64,000 nucleotides of DNA, taken from positions 1,056,001 through 1,120,000 of the forward strand of contig CBDCTJ010000007.1 in assembly GCA_965222115.1 (NCBI GenBank), given 5' to 3'. A program made the translations under genes and the position numbers. The notes under the pieces were generated by a model that saw nothing but the letters and a program-made list of their open reading frames with translations, did no database searches and was not told where the DNA came from. Positions 49,824 through 58,983 of this stretch are shown one piece after another; positions within the stretch are counted from its first letter, which is position 1; each line of letters starts with the position of its first letter. This stretch comes from Planctomycetota bacterium. Its GTDB lineage: Bacteria > Planctomycetota > PLA2 > JAEUHO01.

Positions 49824-52067
49824 ATGCCGAGGGAAGTCACATACAAAGTTGGCCTGGAAGGCTTCGACGAATACCGCAAAGGCATCAAGGGCCTCGAACA
49901 CGAGATTACGGTACAGATTGACGACGGCGATGTGGCACCGTGGCCTGTGAATCACAAGCTCAGTGTTGTCGGCAGTGAAGTCGCGCGAGTGGATGGTGCG
50001 GCCAAGGCCACGGGCGCTGCGAAATATACGTATGACGTGCGTCCCGACAACATGGCATTTGCGGGTGTATTGGGTTCGCCTCACGCCCACGCCAAAGTCA
50101 AGGCCATCGATGACACGGCAGCCAAGAAGGTGCCGGGGGTCTTAGCTGTGAAGTCCTTCGTCAATCGACACATCAAGTATCCGGGGCAACCCGTGGCGGC
50201 CGTCTGTGCGGAGACACCAGCGGCGCTTGCTGATGGCCTCCATGCACTTGACGTGCGCTACGATGTGTATCCGGCAGCCGTAACGGTAGATGACGCGCGC
50301 AAGGAAGACGCACCGCGGGTAGATGCCAGGCGCCCCAACGTGGGTCGACGCGGTCGTGGACGGCGCAATGGTGAGGCGACCGATGAAGCGCTTAGCAAGG
50401 CGGCCCACAAGATCGAAGCCGAGTATCGCACACAGGTTCAGACACACTCGTGTTTCGAGCCTCACGGGTGCACTGTCGCGCTCAACAAAGATGGCACAGC
50501 CACGGTGTGGGCCTCCACACAGGCCACGTCTGGGTACGCGCGCGGAGCGATTAGTCAGGGGTTGGGTATTTCTCCCAGTCGCATTCGCGTGATTACGCAT
50601 CACATGGGCGGAGGCTTCGGAAGCAAATTTGGTGCGAGCGAGCCCGACAAGATCACTGCTGAGTTTGCGAAGCAACTCAAGCGTCCGGTTCAGGGACTTC
50701 TTACACGTCGTCAAGAACACCTGATCGGCGGCAATCGACCCGATTCGATCCAGACCATCAAGTTGGGAGCCGACAAAGACGGCAAGTTCGTTGCGCACAA
50801 GGTTCAGAATCTCGGCACGGCGGGCAACGGCCGGGGCGGCGCAGGTGCGTCCAACGTCATGGTCTATCGATTCGGTCAGGCCGACGCCGATCAGCGTGCG
50901 GTGTCAACTCACACTGGTATCGCTCGCGCCTTTCGCGCGCCGCGACATCCGCAAGGATCGTTTGGTCTCGAAAGCGCTATTGACTTGCTGGCCGCCAAAA
51001 TGAACATGGACCCCCTGGATGTGCGACTCAAGAACGATCCGCATCCCGTTCGGCAAGTACAGTGGCGCATAGGGGCCGACCGCATCGGCTGGAAGGCACT
51101 TCGAAAAGACGCGGGCAGCACTGGCACGGTTAAGCGCGGTGTCGGGTGTGCGGCGGCCGTTTGGTACAACGCGGGTCGTGGCAGCTGGGTGGTTCAAGTC
51201 GGTGTAGACGCCGATGGCAGCGTAACGATTCAAAGTGGGACCCAAGACATCGGTACCGGCACTCGCACCGTGCTTGCCATGATGGTTGCTGAAGAACTTG
51301 GCGTGGCTGTGTCCAAGGTGCATGTGGATATCGGCGACTCGCGGCATCCGCCTGGGCCCGCTAGCGGAGGAAGTACTACCACGCCATCGATTGCTCCCGC
51401 CGCGCGCGAAGCCGGTGTCAATGCACGCATCAAACTTTCAGCACTCCTCGCTAAGCATTGGGGAATCGCAGAATACGACGTTTCACTCGTCGATGGTGTG
51501 TATCGCGCTGGAACGAAGAGCGCGAGCTTCAAAGAGGCCTGTGCGTTGATCGGCGATGAAGGCATTCGTGTTACTGGGCGGCGCCGAAAGAATCAAAGAG
51601 CGCCCGACGTGTTTAGTCAGACCGCCGGATGCCAGTTCGCCGATGTCTCGGTGGACACAGAAACCGGATTCATCAAAGTCAATAAGGTCGTCGCTGTACA
51701 CGACGCCGGGCGCATTGTGAATCGCATGACGGCGCGCAGCCAAGTAAACGGCGGCGTGATTCAAGGGGTGTCCTACGCGCTCTACGAAGAGCGGCTGATG
51801 GATCCGAATGTGGCCGACATGATCAATCCCACGCTCGATACGTATCGCATCATGGGCATGGCCGACTGCCCGGAGATCGACGTTGTACTTACGTCAGTGG
51901 TTACTGGACATAACAACGCCGGGCTGATGGGCATTGGTGAACCTGCCACAGTGCCCACAGCAGGCGCCGTTGCCAATGCAGTGTTCCACGCGCTCGGTGT
52001 ACAGGTTCGACAGCTGCCGATGACACCCGCGCGTGTGCTTGCGGCGCTCGAAAGGAGGAACGGATGA
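49824..52067 (+). CDS. Xanthine-oxidase-family molybdopterin-binding subunit (PaoC/YagR-like)
   Basis: KATGAAKYTYD, MGGGFGSK, FRAP, DIGTGTRT, GGVIQG, GIGEP (catalytic Glu), LPMTP. Confidence 0.93.
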   Translation: MPREVTYKVGLEGFDEYRKGIKGLEHEITVQIDDGDVAPWPVNHKLSVVGSEVARVDGAAKATGAAKYTYDVRPDNMAFAGVLGSPHAHAKVKAIDDTAAKKVPGVLAVKSFVNRHIKYPGQPVAAVCAETPAALADGLHALDVRYDVYPAAVTVDDARKEDAPRVDARRPNVGRRGRGRRNGEATDEALSKAAHKIEAEYRTQVQTHSCFEPHGCTVALNKDGTATVWASTQATSGYARGAISQGLGISPSRIRVITHHMGGGFGSKFGASEPDKITAEFAKQLKRPVQGLLTRRQEHLIGGNRPDSIQTIKLGADKDGKFVAHKVQNLGTAGNGRGGAGASNVMVYRFGQADADQRAVSTHTGIARAFRAPRHPQGSFGLESAIDLLAAKMNMDPLDVRLKNDPHPVRQVQWRIGADRIGWKALRKDAGSTGTVKRGVGCAAAVWYNAGRGSWVVQVGVDADGSVTIQSGTQDIGTGTRTVLAMMVAEELGVAVSKVHVDIGDSRHPPGPASGGSTTTPSIAPAAREAGVNARIKLSALLAKHWGIAEYDVSLVDGVYRAGTKSASFKEACALIGDEGIRVTGRRRKNQRAPDVFSQTAGCQFADVSVDTETGFIKVNKVVAVHDAGRIVNRMTARSQVNGGVIQGVSYALYEERLMDPNVADMINPTLDTYRIMGMADCPEIDVVLTSVVTGHNNAGLMGIGEPATVPTAGAVANAVFHALGVQVRQLPMTPARVLAALERRNG

Positions 52068-53065
52068 AGTCCTTTCAGTTTGTTCGTCCCCAAGACGAAG
52101 TCGGAGTGAGCGCATCGCTCGGTGATGCATCACAACTAAAGGCCAACGGCGTCGACTTGCTCGACATGCTCAAGGAACGCGTTGTACAGCCCGAACGTGT
52201 CGTGTCGCTGATCGATGTTGAGGGGCTCAACGCCATTCGAGTGGAGGATGACGGGCGCATTGTGCTAGGTAGCATGATTACGCTGCATCAGTTGGCCACC
52301 GACAAGTCGATCGCGTCGTTCCTTCCTTCGCTGCAGCATGCCGCGGCACAGTCGGCCAGTCTTCAGATTCGCACGCGCGCTACGCTCGGCGGCAACATGG
52401 GCCAACATCCTCGTTGCGGCTACTTTCGTCATGCGTCCATGCCCTGCTTGCGCCGCGGCGACGACGTTTGCCCAGTACAGAAGGAAGGTGGAGTCCAAGA
52501 AGGCGCTGGCATATTCAACAACAGCGTGTGCGCGTCGGGACATCCATCGAGCCTGGCGCCGGTCCTAGGTTCATTGGATGCCGTGGCACACGTACAGGGG
52601 CCGGAGAACGTCCGCGACGTTGAGTTCGAATCGCTCTGGGCTGAGCCAAAGAAGGGCGTCATGGGCGACCTTGCCTTGAAGCCCGGCGAGTGGATTTCAT
52701 CATTCACGATTCCGGCCCGCGGTAGCCAACAGAGCACGGCCTATGAAGAGGTGCGCCAAATGGCCGCCTTTGACTGGGCGCAAGCCTCATGCGCCGTGCG
52801 GCTTGAATCGGGTGCGACCAAAGAGGCGGGCGTAGCGTCTGTGAACGACGTGCGTATCTGGTTTGGGTCGCTTGCGCCTACGCCGGTTCGTTCCACCGAG
52901 GCCGAGAAGGTGCTCTTGGCAGGCGGTCTCTCCAAGTCGTCGATCACGCAAGCCGAAGAAGCGGCTGTGAAGTCGGCAACGCCCATTCACGGTGACGATT
53001 TCAAGGTGAAGTTGGCGCGTGTCGTCTTGCGTCGTGCGCTCATGAAGGCCGGGGGTGTGAAATGA
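52064..53065 (+). CDS. Xanthine-oxidase-family FAD-binding subunit (PaoB/YagS-like, with Cys insertion)
   Basis: KANGVDLL, QIRTRATLGGN, insertion RCGYFR...C...C...C (4Fe-4S type), HPSSLAP. Confidence 0.9.
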   Translation: MKSFQFVRPQDEVGVSASLGDASQLKANGVDLLDMLKERVVQPERVVSLIDVEGLNAIRVEDDGRIVLGSMITLHQLATDKSIASFLPSLQHAAAQSASLQIRTRATLGGNMGQHPRCGYFRHASMPCLRRGDDVCPVQKEGGVQEGAGIFNNSVCASGHPSSLAPVLGSLDAVAHVQGPENVRDVEFESLWAEPKKGVMGDLALKPGEWISSFTIPARGSQQSTAYEEVRQMAAFDWAQASCAVRLESGATKEAGVASVNDVRIWFGSLAPTPVRSTEAEKVLLAGGLSKSSITQAEEAAVKSATPIHGDDFKVKLARVVLRRALMKAGGVK

Positions 53066-53337
53066 GTGAACGCTTTGACCCATTGTCCAGGCCCCACGGC
53101 GCCTATCGCGAAGAAGTCGAACGCGAGCTCAAAGTGCGTTGCATCCACCTAAAGACCAAAGAGGCCTTTCTCGGTCTGCCTGCCGAACACGAGTCCGGTT
53201 TCGACGGCGACGAACCCATTTGGTGGTGCGAGAAGACGCTCGAAGCACTTGGCCCCGATGGTTCGGCTGCTTGCCGCGCCGACTGCCACGGTCTGGGACG
53301 CGCGTGTTACGAAGCACCGAAGGGGCCGATGGCGTAG
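53062..53337 (+). CDS. Small Cys-rich protein coupled to the oxidoreductase operon
   Basis: ATGA overlap with the FAD subunit; pattern C-x-H-L-x-T-K...WWC...GPDG...C-x3-C-x6-C. Confidence 0.75.
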   Translation: MSERFDPLSRPHGAYREEVERELKVRCIHLKTKEAFLGLPAEHESGFDGDEPIWWCEKTLEALGPDGSAACRADCHGLGRACYEAPKGPMA

Positions 53338-53373
53338 GAAGAACGACGCCGATTGCGTTAGAACGCCGCTCAC

Positions 53374-53677
53374 CTCACGCAGAGACGCTGAGGACGCGGA
53401 GGCGCAGAGGAGACTTTGGCGGCGACATGAACTTCCAGTTGCTCATCAAGTCTCCATGTGAGTTCAGAATACAGAACCATGCCGAAGGCATGGAAGTTGA
53501 TAGCGAAGGGTGAGGCTTCCGAACCCTGGTAAAGCGTGCCCCCACATTGAGCGCTCTGAAAGAGCGCGAGAGACACGATTTACGGACGAAATTCATACGT
53601 TTTGAGGACTGTGATCGAACTCTTCTAGTCGAGCGCAATTCATCTCACGCAGTGGCGCCAAGATGCGGAGGCGCAGA
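53374..53677. repeat. Intergenic composite of REP-like elements
   Basis: Direct repeats CTCACGCAG...GCGGAGGCGCAGA at 53374-53408 and 53644-53677 enclose hairpins CCATGCC-GAA-GGCATGG (53477-53493) and GCGCTCT-GAA-AGAGCGC (53551-53567). Confidence 0.7.
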
Positions 53678-53712
53678 AATCTGCGTGTTGGTGTGCGAAG
53701 CGGGATATTTGT

Positions 53713-54933
53713 TCACTTGCCTTCAGCTTCTTCAGCGAAGCCACTCACAGCATCGACGAACTGCTTGTGTTTCTCCCGTACCAGTGCTGCATCCGGGTGC
53801 GATGGAATTGCACGATGAATACGCCTGCTCGCGACTTTAATCCAATCGACGAACTTCTGGCCTCCGGCGAAGTAGCTGTCATGGAGCATTCGATGCGCCT
53901 TGTCGACGTATAACTCGATCATCCAAAGCGGCGCGTGCTTCTCAAACGCAGGCGCGAGCACGCGAAGCGGATGCGGTTCTTCTTGATCAAATCCCGGGCG
54001 TGGCGGTGGGTCCCAGTGGGGTGGGAAGGCGTCGCGCGAGACGCCACGAATGTCTTCCATTGCCTTATCGAAATCGCCGGCGGCGAGTGCCGATTCAAAC
54101 GCATGCCGTCGTTGTTGTTCCGGTTGCGTCTTGAACATGATCGGAATCCACGCCACGAGCAATAGAACCGTGAGCAACACCAATGGAATCGATACACGAG
54201 GACTCTGTTCTTTGGGCACCACGATACGGTTTCCGCGCCCAACGCCCGCGCGGCTCAAACGACCGGCCAAGAGTGCCCAACCCAGGAACCAGATCAGAAG
54301 CGTTAAAATCCCTAGGGTGCATACGGACCCTGCCACGTCACTGAGTACTTGTTCGCTCTCCGACAGCTGCACGCCACCCATGATCGAGATGGTTGGCAGC
54401 GGAATCGTGAATAACAACCCGAGCGCAACTGCGTCGGCAAACAACATCACCGGAAAGAATATGGTCCAGTATGTCACATTCCAGACGCAAGAGATCGCAC
54501 GAGTAATGAGCAGCACGCGCCACGCGGCGACTATGCCGAGCAACATGAGATTGATGCGCGTGGCACTTGCGGGATCGGTCATGCGTTCAACGGGCATGGC
54601 ATAGACGATCGCGAGTGGCGCGGTCCACCAGTAGAGACGAAGGAGCGCGGGATAGCCACGCGCCGTGTGCTGGCGTTCCTCAGCAAGATCGCCGCCCATC
54701 CAGCCCGGTGCGAGGACCATGTAGAGAAGCCACGAAGTGAGCAGGGATGCTACAAGCGGAATCGCAAGGTGCCACGGCTCACTCAAGAGATCTTCCGCGT
54801 CATACTCACGCGCTAGTCCCGCCGCAAAAACGAACGCCAGGCCAATCCACAATGATTTGGGATGACTTGCGACTCGCCGGGCGGCTTCTTTGCCCCCAAG
54901 CAAGTACGAACATAGTGTTCTTATACCAATCAC
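53713..54933 (-). CDS. Polytopic membrane protein of unknown function
   Basis: About 7 hydrophobic segments. GTG at 54933 overlaps the radical SAM stop (GTGA). Confidence 0.75.
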   Translation of the reverse strand: MIGIRTLCSYLLGGKEAARRVASHPKSLWIGLAFVFAAGLAREYDAEDLLSEPWHLAIPLVASLLTSWLLYMVLAPGWMGGDLAEERQHTARGYPALLRLYWWTAPLAIVYAMPVERMTDPASATRINLMLLGIVAAWRVLLITRAISCVWNVTYWTIFFPVMLFADAVALGLLFTIPLPTISIMGGVQLSESEQVLSDVAGSVCTLGILTLLIWFLGWALLAGRLSRAGVGRGNRIVVPKEQSPRVSIPLVLLTVLLLVAWIPIMFKTQPEQQRRHAFESALAAGDFDKAMEDIRGVSRDAFPPHWDPPPRPGFDQEEPHPLRVLAPAFEKHAPLWMIELYVDKAHRMLHDSYFAGGQKFVDWIKVASRRIHRAIPSHPDAALVREKHKQFVDAVSGFAEEAEGK

Positions 54934-56258
54934 GTGATGAGTGTGCTTGGCGGGTTGAATCGAAATCGAGGATTGCGTCGCCAAATGGCGCGGCGGCGTT
55001 CGCTTCGTGTGGCTACTGCCGACGGCGCGTGAACACGTGCAAGCAATTCTGCAAAGCCGCGTTCCAACTCGTCGACGGAAAGGTTGTCGAGTCGATGCGT
55101 CACGTCAAAGAGCGTGTAGTGCGACCAATCGCGCTCCGTAAGCAATCGTCCTTCACGCTTTAATCGTGCGCGAAGCATCGTTCCGGGAAACGGTGTTTCG
55201 AGTGTGATCTGAACATCGGCGAGCTCGCTCTCCAGAACGGATTCGGATAAGCGGTCCATGGATTCGCGCGTCTCACCATCCGCGCCCACAATGAAGCATC
55301 CGTGTACAACAATCCCCGCCGCGTGGATCTCGTGGATCGCTCGCATCATGCGTTCCAACGCCGCCCGCTTTGCACCCATCCCCGGATAGCGAAACACTTG
55401 GCTCTCGAGCCCAACCAAAAGTTGTACACACCCCGCGGCGGCAAGTCGCTTGAGCAGCTTGGGATCTTCGCTAATACGCCAATCGACTTCACTGAACCAC
55501 GTCGAGCCACTTGCTTCCAGTACATCGAGCAGCGCATCGCTGTCCTTTCGCACGGCAAACGTATTGTCGTCGGCCAGTTCAAGAAGTGGCGATGGATCGA
55601 TGGCGGCGATCGCGTTCAGCTCGGCGCGAACTTGAGCGACGAGCTTTTCGAGATACGGCCCGAGCAAGCGGCTTGCTCCACAGAACTCACACGCAAATGG
55701 GCACCCGCGTTCTGTTTGCAACGTCCAGCGTGGCGGGTGCTGCGGGTGGAGATCGAAGCGAGGCATGGGCCACTCGCAGGCCGCGGGGCGCCATGTCTTC
55801 TCGTAGCGCGGCTTCAGTGTTCCCTTCCGCGCATCATCGATTACGTCAAGCCAAACGGACTCGCCACTGCCTACGACCACCGTGTCCACATGGCGTTCTG
55901 CTTCATCGGCACAAGCGGTGGCGTGCAGCCCACCAAGCACCGTTTGAATGCCCTGTTCGCGAAGCGATTTCGCAAGGCGATAGGCTTCGATTGCAGTTGC
56001 CGTTGTCGCCGAAATCGCCGCGAGTTTGGGCCCCGAGGAAACGATGGCTTGGATGGCGTCGTCGTCGATATTGCTTGCCGGGTGCCACGAACTCGATACG
56101 TCATCGGGAAGCATGCCGGCCAGGGTGAGTAGGCCGAGTGCAGGGAGTTGCGTAAGCGCGTCGCGGCGCCTACGTAGATCGGGAAGTCGCACGCTTAGGT
56201 CCGCAATGACCGGTGAAACTACGCGACTTCCGGTGAGTGGCACGAAGGCGATATGCAC
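54930..56258 (-). CDS. B12-binding-domain radical SAM protein
   Basis: PALGLLTLAG, VLGGLHAT, VVVGSGE (cobalamin-binding domain); TERGCPFACEFC (CxxxCxxC); DDN; GLES; TPFPGT. Confidence 0.92.
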   Translation of the reverse strand: MHIAFVPLTGSRVVSPVIADLSVRLPDLRRRRDALTQLPALGLLTLAGMLPDDVSSSWHPASNIDDDAIQAIVSSGPKLAAISATTATAIEAYRLAKSLREQGIQTVLGGLHATACADEAERHVDTVVVGSGESVWLDVIDDARKGTLKPRYEKTWRPAACEWPMPRFDLHPQHPPRWTLQTERGCPFACEFCGASRLLGPYLEKLVAQVRAELNAIAAIDPSPLLELADDNTFAVRKDSDALLDVLEASGSTWFSEVDWRISEDPKLLKRLAAAGCVQLLVGLESQVFRYPGMGAKRAALERMMRAIHEIHAAGIVVHGCFIVGADGETRESMDRLSESVLESELADVQITLETPFPGTMLRARLKREGRLLTERDWSHYTLFDVTHRLDNLSVDELERGFAELLARVHAPSAVATRSERRRAIWRRNPRFRFNPPSTLIT

Positions 56259-56275
56259 AGCAGTAGTGTCTCATG

Positions 56276-56300
56276 CCAATTGAATGCTGTTTTCAATTGG
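56276..56300. promoter_or_regulatory. Perfect inverted repeat CCAATTGAA-N7-TTCAATTGG, candidate operator
   Basis: AT-rich 9-bp arms located 17 bp upstream of the radical SAM start codon. Confidence 0.45.
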
Positions 56301-56325
56301 TGTCGTTATTGCGGCGGAGCATGTT

Positions 56326-56372
56326 CTCAAAACGAACACAGCCGCGAACACCTCTCGATGTTCGCGGCTGTG
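56326..56372 (-). terminator. Rho-independent terminator after the ferritin-like gene
   Basis: 14-bp perfect stem CACAGCCGCGAACA/TGTTCGCGGCTGTG (56337-56372), followed on the minus strand by TTCGTTTTG. Confidence 0.7.
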
Positions 56373-56409
56373 CGTGCTTGGGGATGTAAGTTCGCTCGTT
56401 GAACGTCGC

Positions 56410-57015
56410 CTACATGTAGTTGATGAACCAACGACGGGGCGTGCCTTCGGCGACGGCTTCGCGGCGCCACGGGGGAACAACGCCTTCGAACATGGCGGCG
56501 ACCCACGGCACGTCGATGGGCGCAAGCTTGCGACCCGGGGTGAGGTGCATGGGGCGATCGCGAATGTCGGCCAGGAGATGACCGAGGATGTCGAGGTGGA
56601 ACGAGTGGTCGTCGGCCAGGACTTCCAGGAACTTCTTCAAGAAGCGGTCGTCGGCTTGCTCTGTGGCGCGGCGATGAAACACAATGGCACGTTCCGCAGC
56701 ACGGAAGGCTTCATCGAATGCTTGGTAGAGCGCCGGTGGCGTGAGAATGGCCGGGCCTTCTGCGGCACGGGGGCGACGGCGGCGTCCGCCTTGCTTGGTC
56801 TGTGAACGGCCGCCCTCACGGTCGCGCAAGTGGCGCGAAAGGATCCGGGCGTGATCGCGCACCTCAGCGGCGTACTCTTCAAAGAGCCGACGGATGGGAC
56901 CGTAGGTGAACGCGCGACCCACGCGCAAGTAGCGCGCTTCGACGTTCTGCTCGATCGAGATGCCGGTCTGGACGACGCGACTGGTGCGATCTTCAAGTTC
57001 GGTGGGGACAACCAT
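56410..57015 (-). CDS. Rubrerythrin/ferritin-like four-helix protein (divergent)
   Basis: GAGGAG RBS precedes ATG 57015. Two helical halves: IEQNVEARY...LFEEYAAEVRDH and AAERAIVFH...FLEVLADDHSFH. Confidence 0.6.
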   Translation of the reverse strand: MVVPTELEDRTSRVVQTGISIEQNVEARYLRVGRAFTYGPIRRLFEEYAAEVRDHARILSRHLRDREGGRSQTKQGGRRRRPRAAEGPAILTPPALYQAFDEAFRAAERAIVFHRRATEQADDRFLKKFLEVLADDHSFHLDILGHLLADIRDRPMHLTPGRKLAPIDVPWVAAMFEGVVPPWRREAVAEGTPRRWFINYM

Positions 57016-57723
57016 GGCGATCTCCTCGTTCATGCATGTCTTTTGGCGTTGCCACAGCTTGCTAAGCCCGCGAACAACCCGTTCAGACGCCGGAAAGTCG
57101 TGTACGGATGCACACGCCTCGATTCTCTCGCCCCCGAAGCGGCTCTTTCCTCGTTTGAACAAGTTTCGCTCGCCGATCCCGGTGCGTTCCGAGAGCCCGA
57201 ACGGTACTTATTCAACGAAATCGAGCGTGCCACTCGCGGAGTCGGCGCGATCAACCATCCTCCAGGCGCCAAGGGCACGGCTAGAGAAGTGAGTCGGACA
57301 ATCGAATCCCCCCAAACAGGAGAGAAAACGAGAGTTCAAAACGTGATTGAAACGAGCCGGGACCCGCTCAAGAGCGAGAGGGAACATGAAGGACGCTAAT
57401 CCTCCACGTTAGTCGAGACTCTACGCGGATCCGCATCCTTTGCGCAACCCCCAAAATCCGGCGCGTTGCGCATTTTTCTGTGGAGAGCATTGTGGAATAT
57501 GACGCTCCCCGGGAATGCACATCCCCAAGTGAGCCACACCGCGGGGTTTAGGCTCGTGTCGCGTTTCGGGTGCCCCATTTGTCACGACGCCAAACGCCCC
57601 AAACCTCGCCCAAGGTCTCTGGTGTTTTGCGATTTTTTCGCCCGTCGTCTGGTGAAGCGGTCCAAAGAAAGGCCTCGTCGAATCCTCGCTGGGCGCCAGC
57701 GCGGGCGCGGCTAATCTGCGGAA

Positions 57724-58953
57724 ATGAATGGCCATCTCAATGCTCGTCTGCTTCCGCCTCTGGCGCGAAAGACCGACTCGAAAATCGTATTCGTGGTGCT
57801 CGATGGGCTCGGCGGCGTGCTCGGTGATGAACCCACCGCGCTCCAGCGCGCTTCGATTCCCAATCTCGATGCGCTCGCCGCAGTGTCAGCGCTAGGTCGA
57901 ACGATTCCCGTCGCCGAAGGCATTACCCCCGGAAGTGGCCCGGGGCACTTTGCACTTTTTGGTTACGACCCACTCAAGATGGAGGTGGGTCGCGGCCTTT
58001 TGGAAGCCATGGGTCTCGGCATCGACGTGAACGAAGGCGACGTCGCGGTGCGCGGCAACTACTGCACCCTGGATTCACGCGGTCGGTTGCTCGATCGTCG
58101 AGCCGGTCGCATTGCAACAGAGAAGTCGCGCGAGATTACCGAGACGATTGACAAGACAGTGCAGGCGATCGAAGGCGTGCGCGTTGAAGTGCATCCCGGG
58201 CTTCAGCATCGTTTCGCCATGGTGTTTCGCGGACCGGACCTCGACGGCGAGGTTGCCGATACCGATCCGCAGCGGGAGGGTGTAGCGCCGCTCGTTGCGC
58301 AGGCGCGACATCGTGCCGCGGAGAAAACGGCGCGCATCGCAAACGTATTTGTGAAAGCGGTGTCCGGCGTATTGGGTCCTCGCAAGGAGGCCAACGGCGT
58401 GTTACTGCGCGGGTTCTCCGGTCGTCCACCACTACCGACATACGCCGCGATGGCAAAACTCAATGCCTGTGCCATCGCGGCCTACCCGGCATACCGTGGC
58501 GTTGCGTCGCTGCTCGGCATGAAGATCCGTAAGGACGTGCATCCCGGTAGTAGCGTGGCCGATGAAGTCGCTGTGCTTGAGAGCGCGTGGGAAGACGCAT
58601 ACGACTTTTACTTCTTGCATGTGAAGGGCACCGATAGTGCCGGAGAAGACGGCGATATCGATCGCAAGGCAAAGGTCATTGAGGCGTTTGACAAGGAACT
58701 TCCACGCGTCCTTGCGCTCAAGCCCGATGTGATTGTAGTTACTGGCGATCACGCCACACCGGGCACTCTCGCCGCCCACTCGTGGCATGCTGTGCCGACG
58801 TTGATTCATGGTCCGTGGATGGAACCCGACGAAGAAGCCGTCTTTGATGAAGCCCATTGCCATCGCGGGCGGTTGGGCGCACACTTTCCTGCAACCGCAC
58901 TCCTGCGCATGGCGATGGCGTCGGCGGGAAAACTCGCCAAATTTGGCGCGTAA
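57724..58953 (+). CDS. apgM: 2,3-bisphosphoglycerate-independent phosphoglycerate mutase (ApgM type)
   Basis: VLDGLGG, PGSGPGHFALFGYDP, GRGLLEAMG, DRRAGRI, HVKGTDSAGEDG, TGDHATP, HSWHAVP. Confidence 0.92.
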   Translation: MNGHLNARLLPPLARKTDSKIVFVVLDGLGGVLGDEPTALQRASIPNLDALAAVSALGRTIPVAEGITPGSGPGHFALFGYDPLKMEVGRGLLEAMGLGIDVNEGDVAVRGNYCTLDSRGRLLDRRAGRIATEKSREITETIDKTVQAIEGVRVEVHPGLQHRFAMVFRGPDLDGEVADTDPQREGVAPLVAQARHRAAEKTARIANVFVKAVSGVLGPRKEANGVLLRGFSGRPPLPTYAAMAKLNACAIAAYPAYRGVASLLGMKIRKDVHPGSSVADEVAVLESAWEDAYDFYFLHVKGTDSAGEDGDIDRKAKVIEAFDKELPRVLALKPDVIVVTGDHATPGTLAAHSWHAVPTLIHGPWMEPDEEAVFDEAHCHRGRLGAHFPATALLRMAMASAGKLAKFGA

Positions 58954-58983
58954 GATCCCGCGTTTGCTGAAGCGAGACACCCT

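Noticed and set aside
57040-57720. Long intergenic region with overlapping short ORFs and TGTGGA motifs
   Set aside because: No convincing ORF, RNA family signature or repeat; best explained as divergent promoter DNA.
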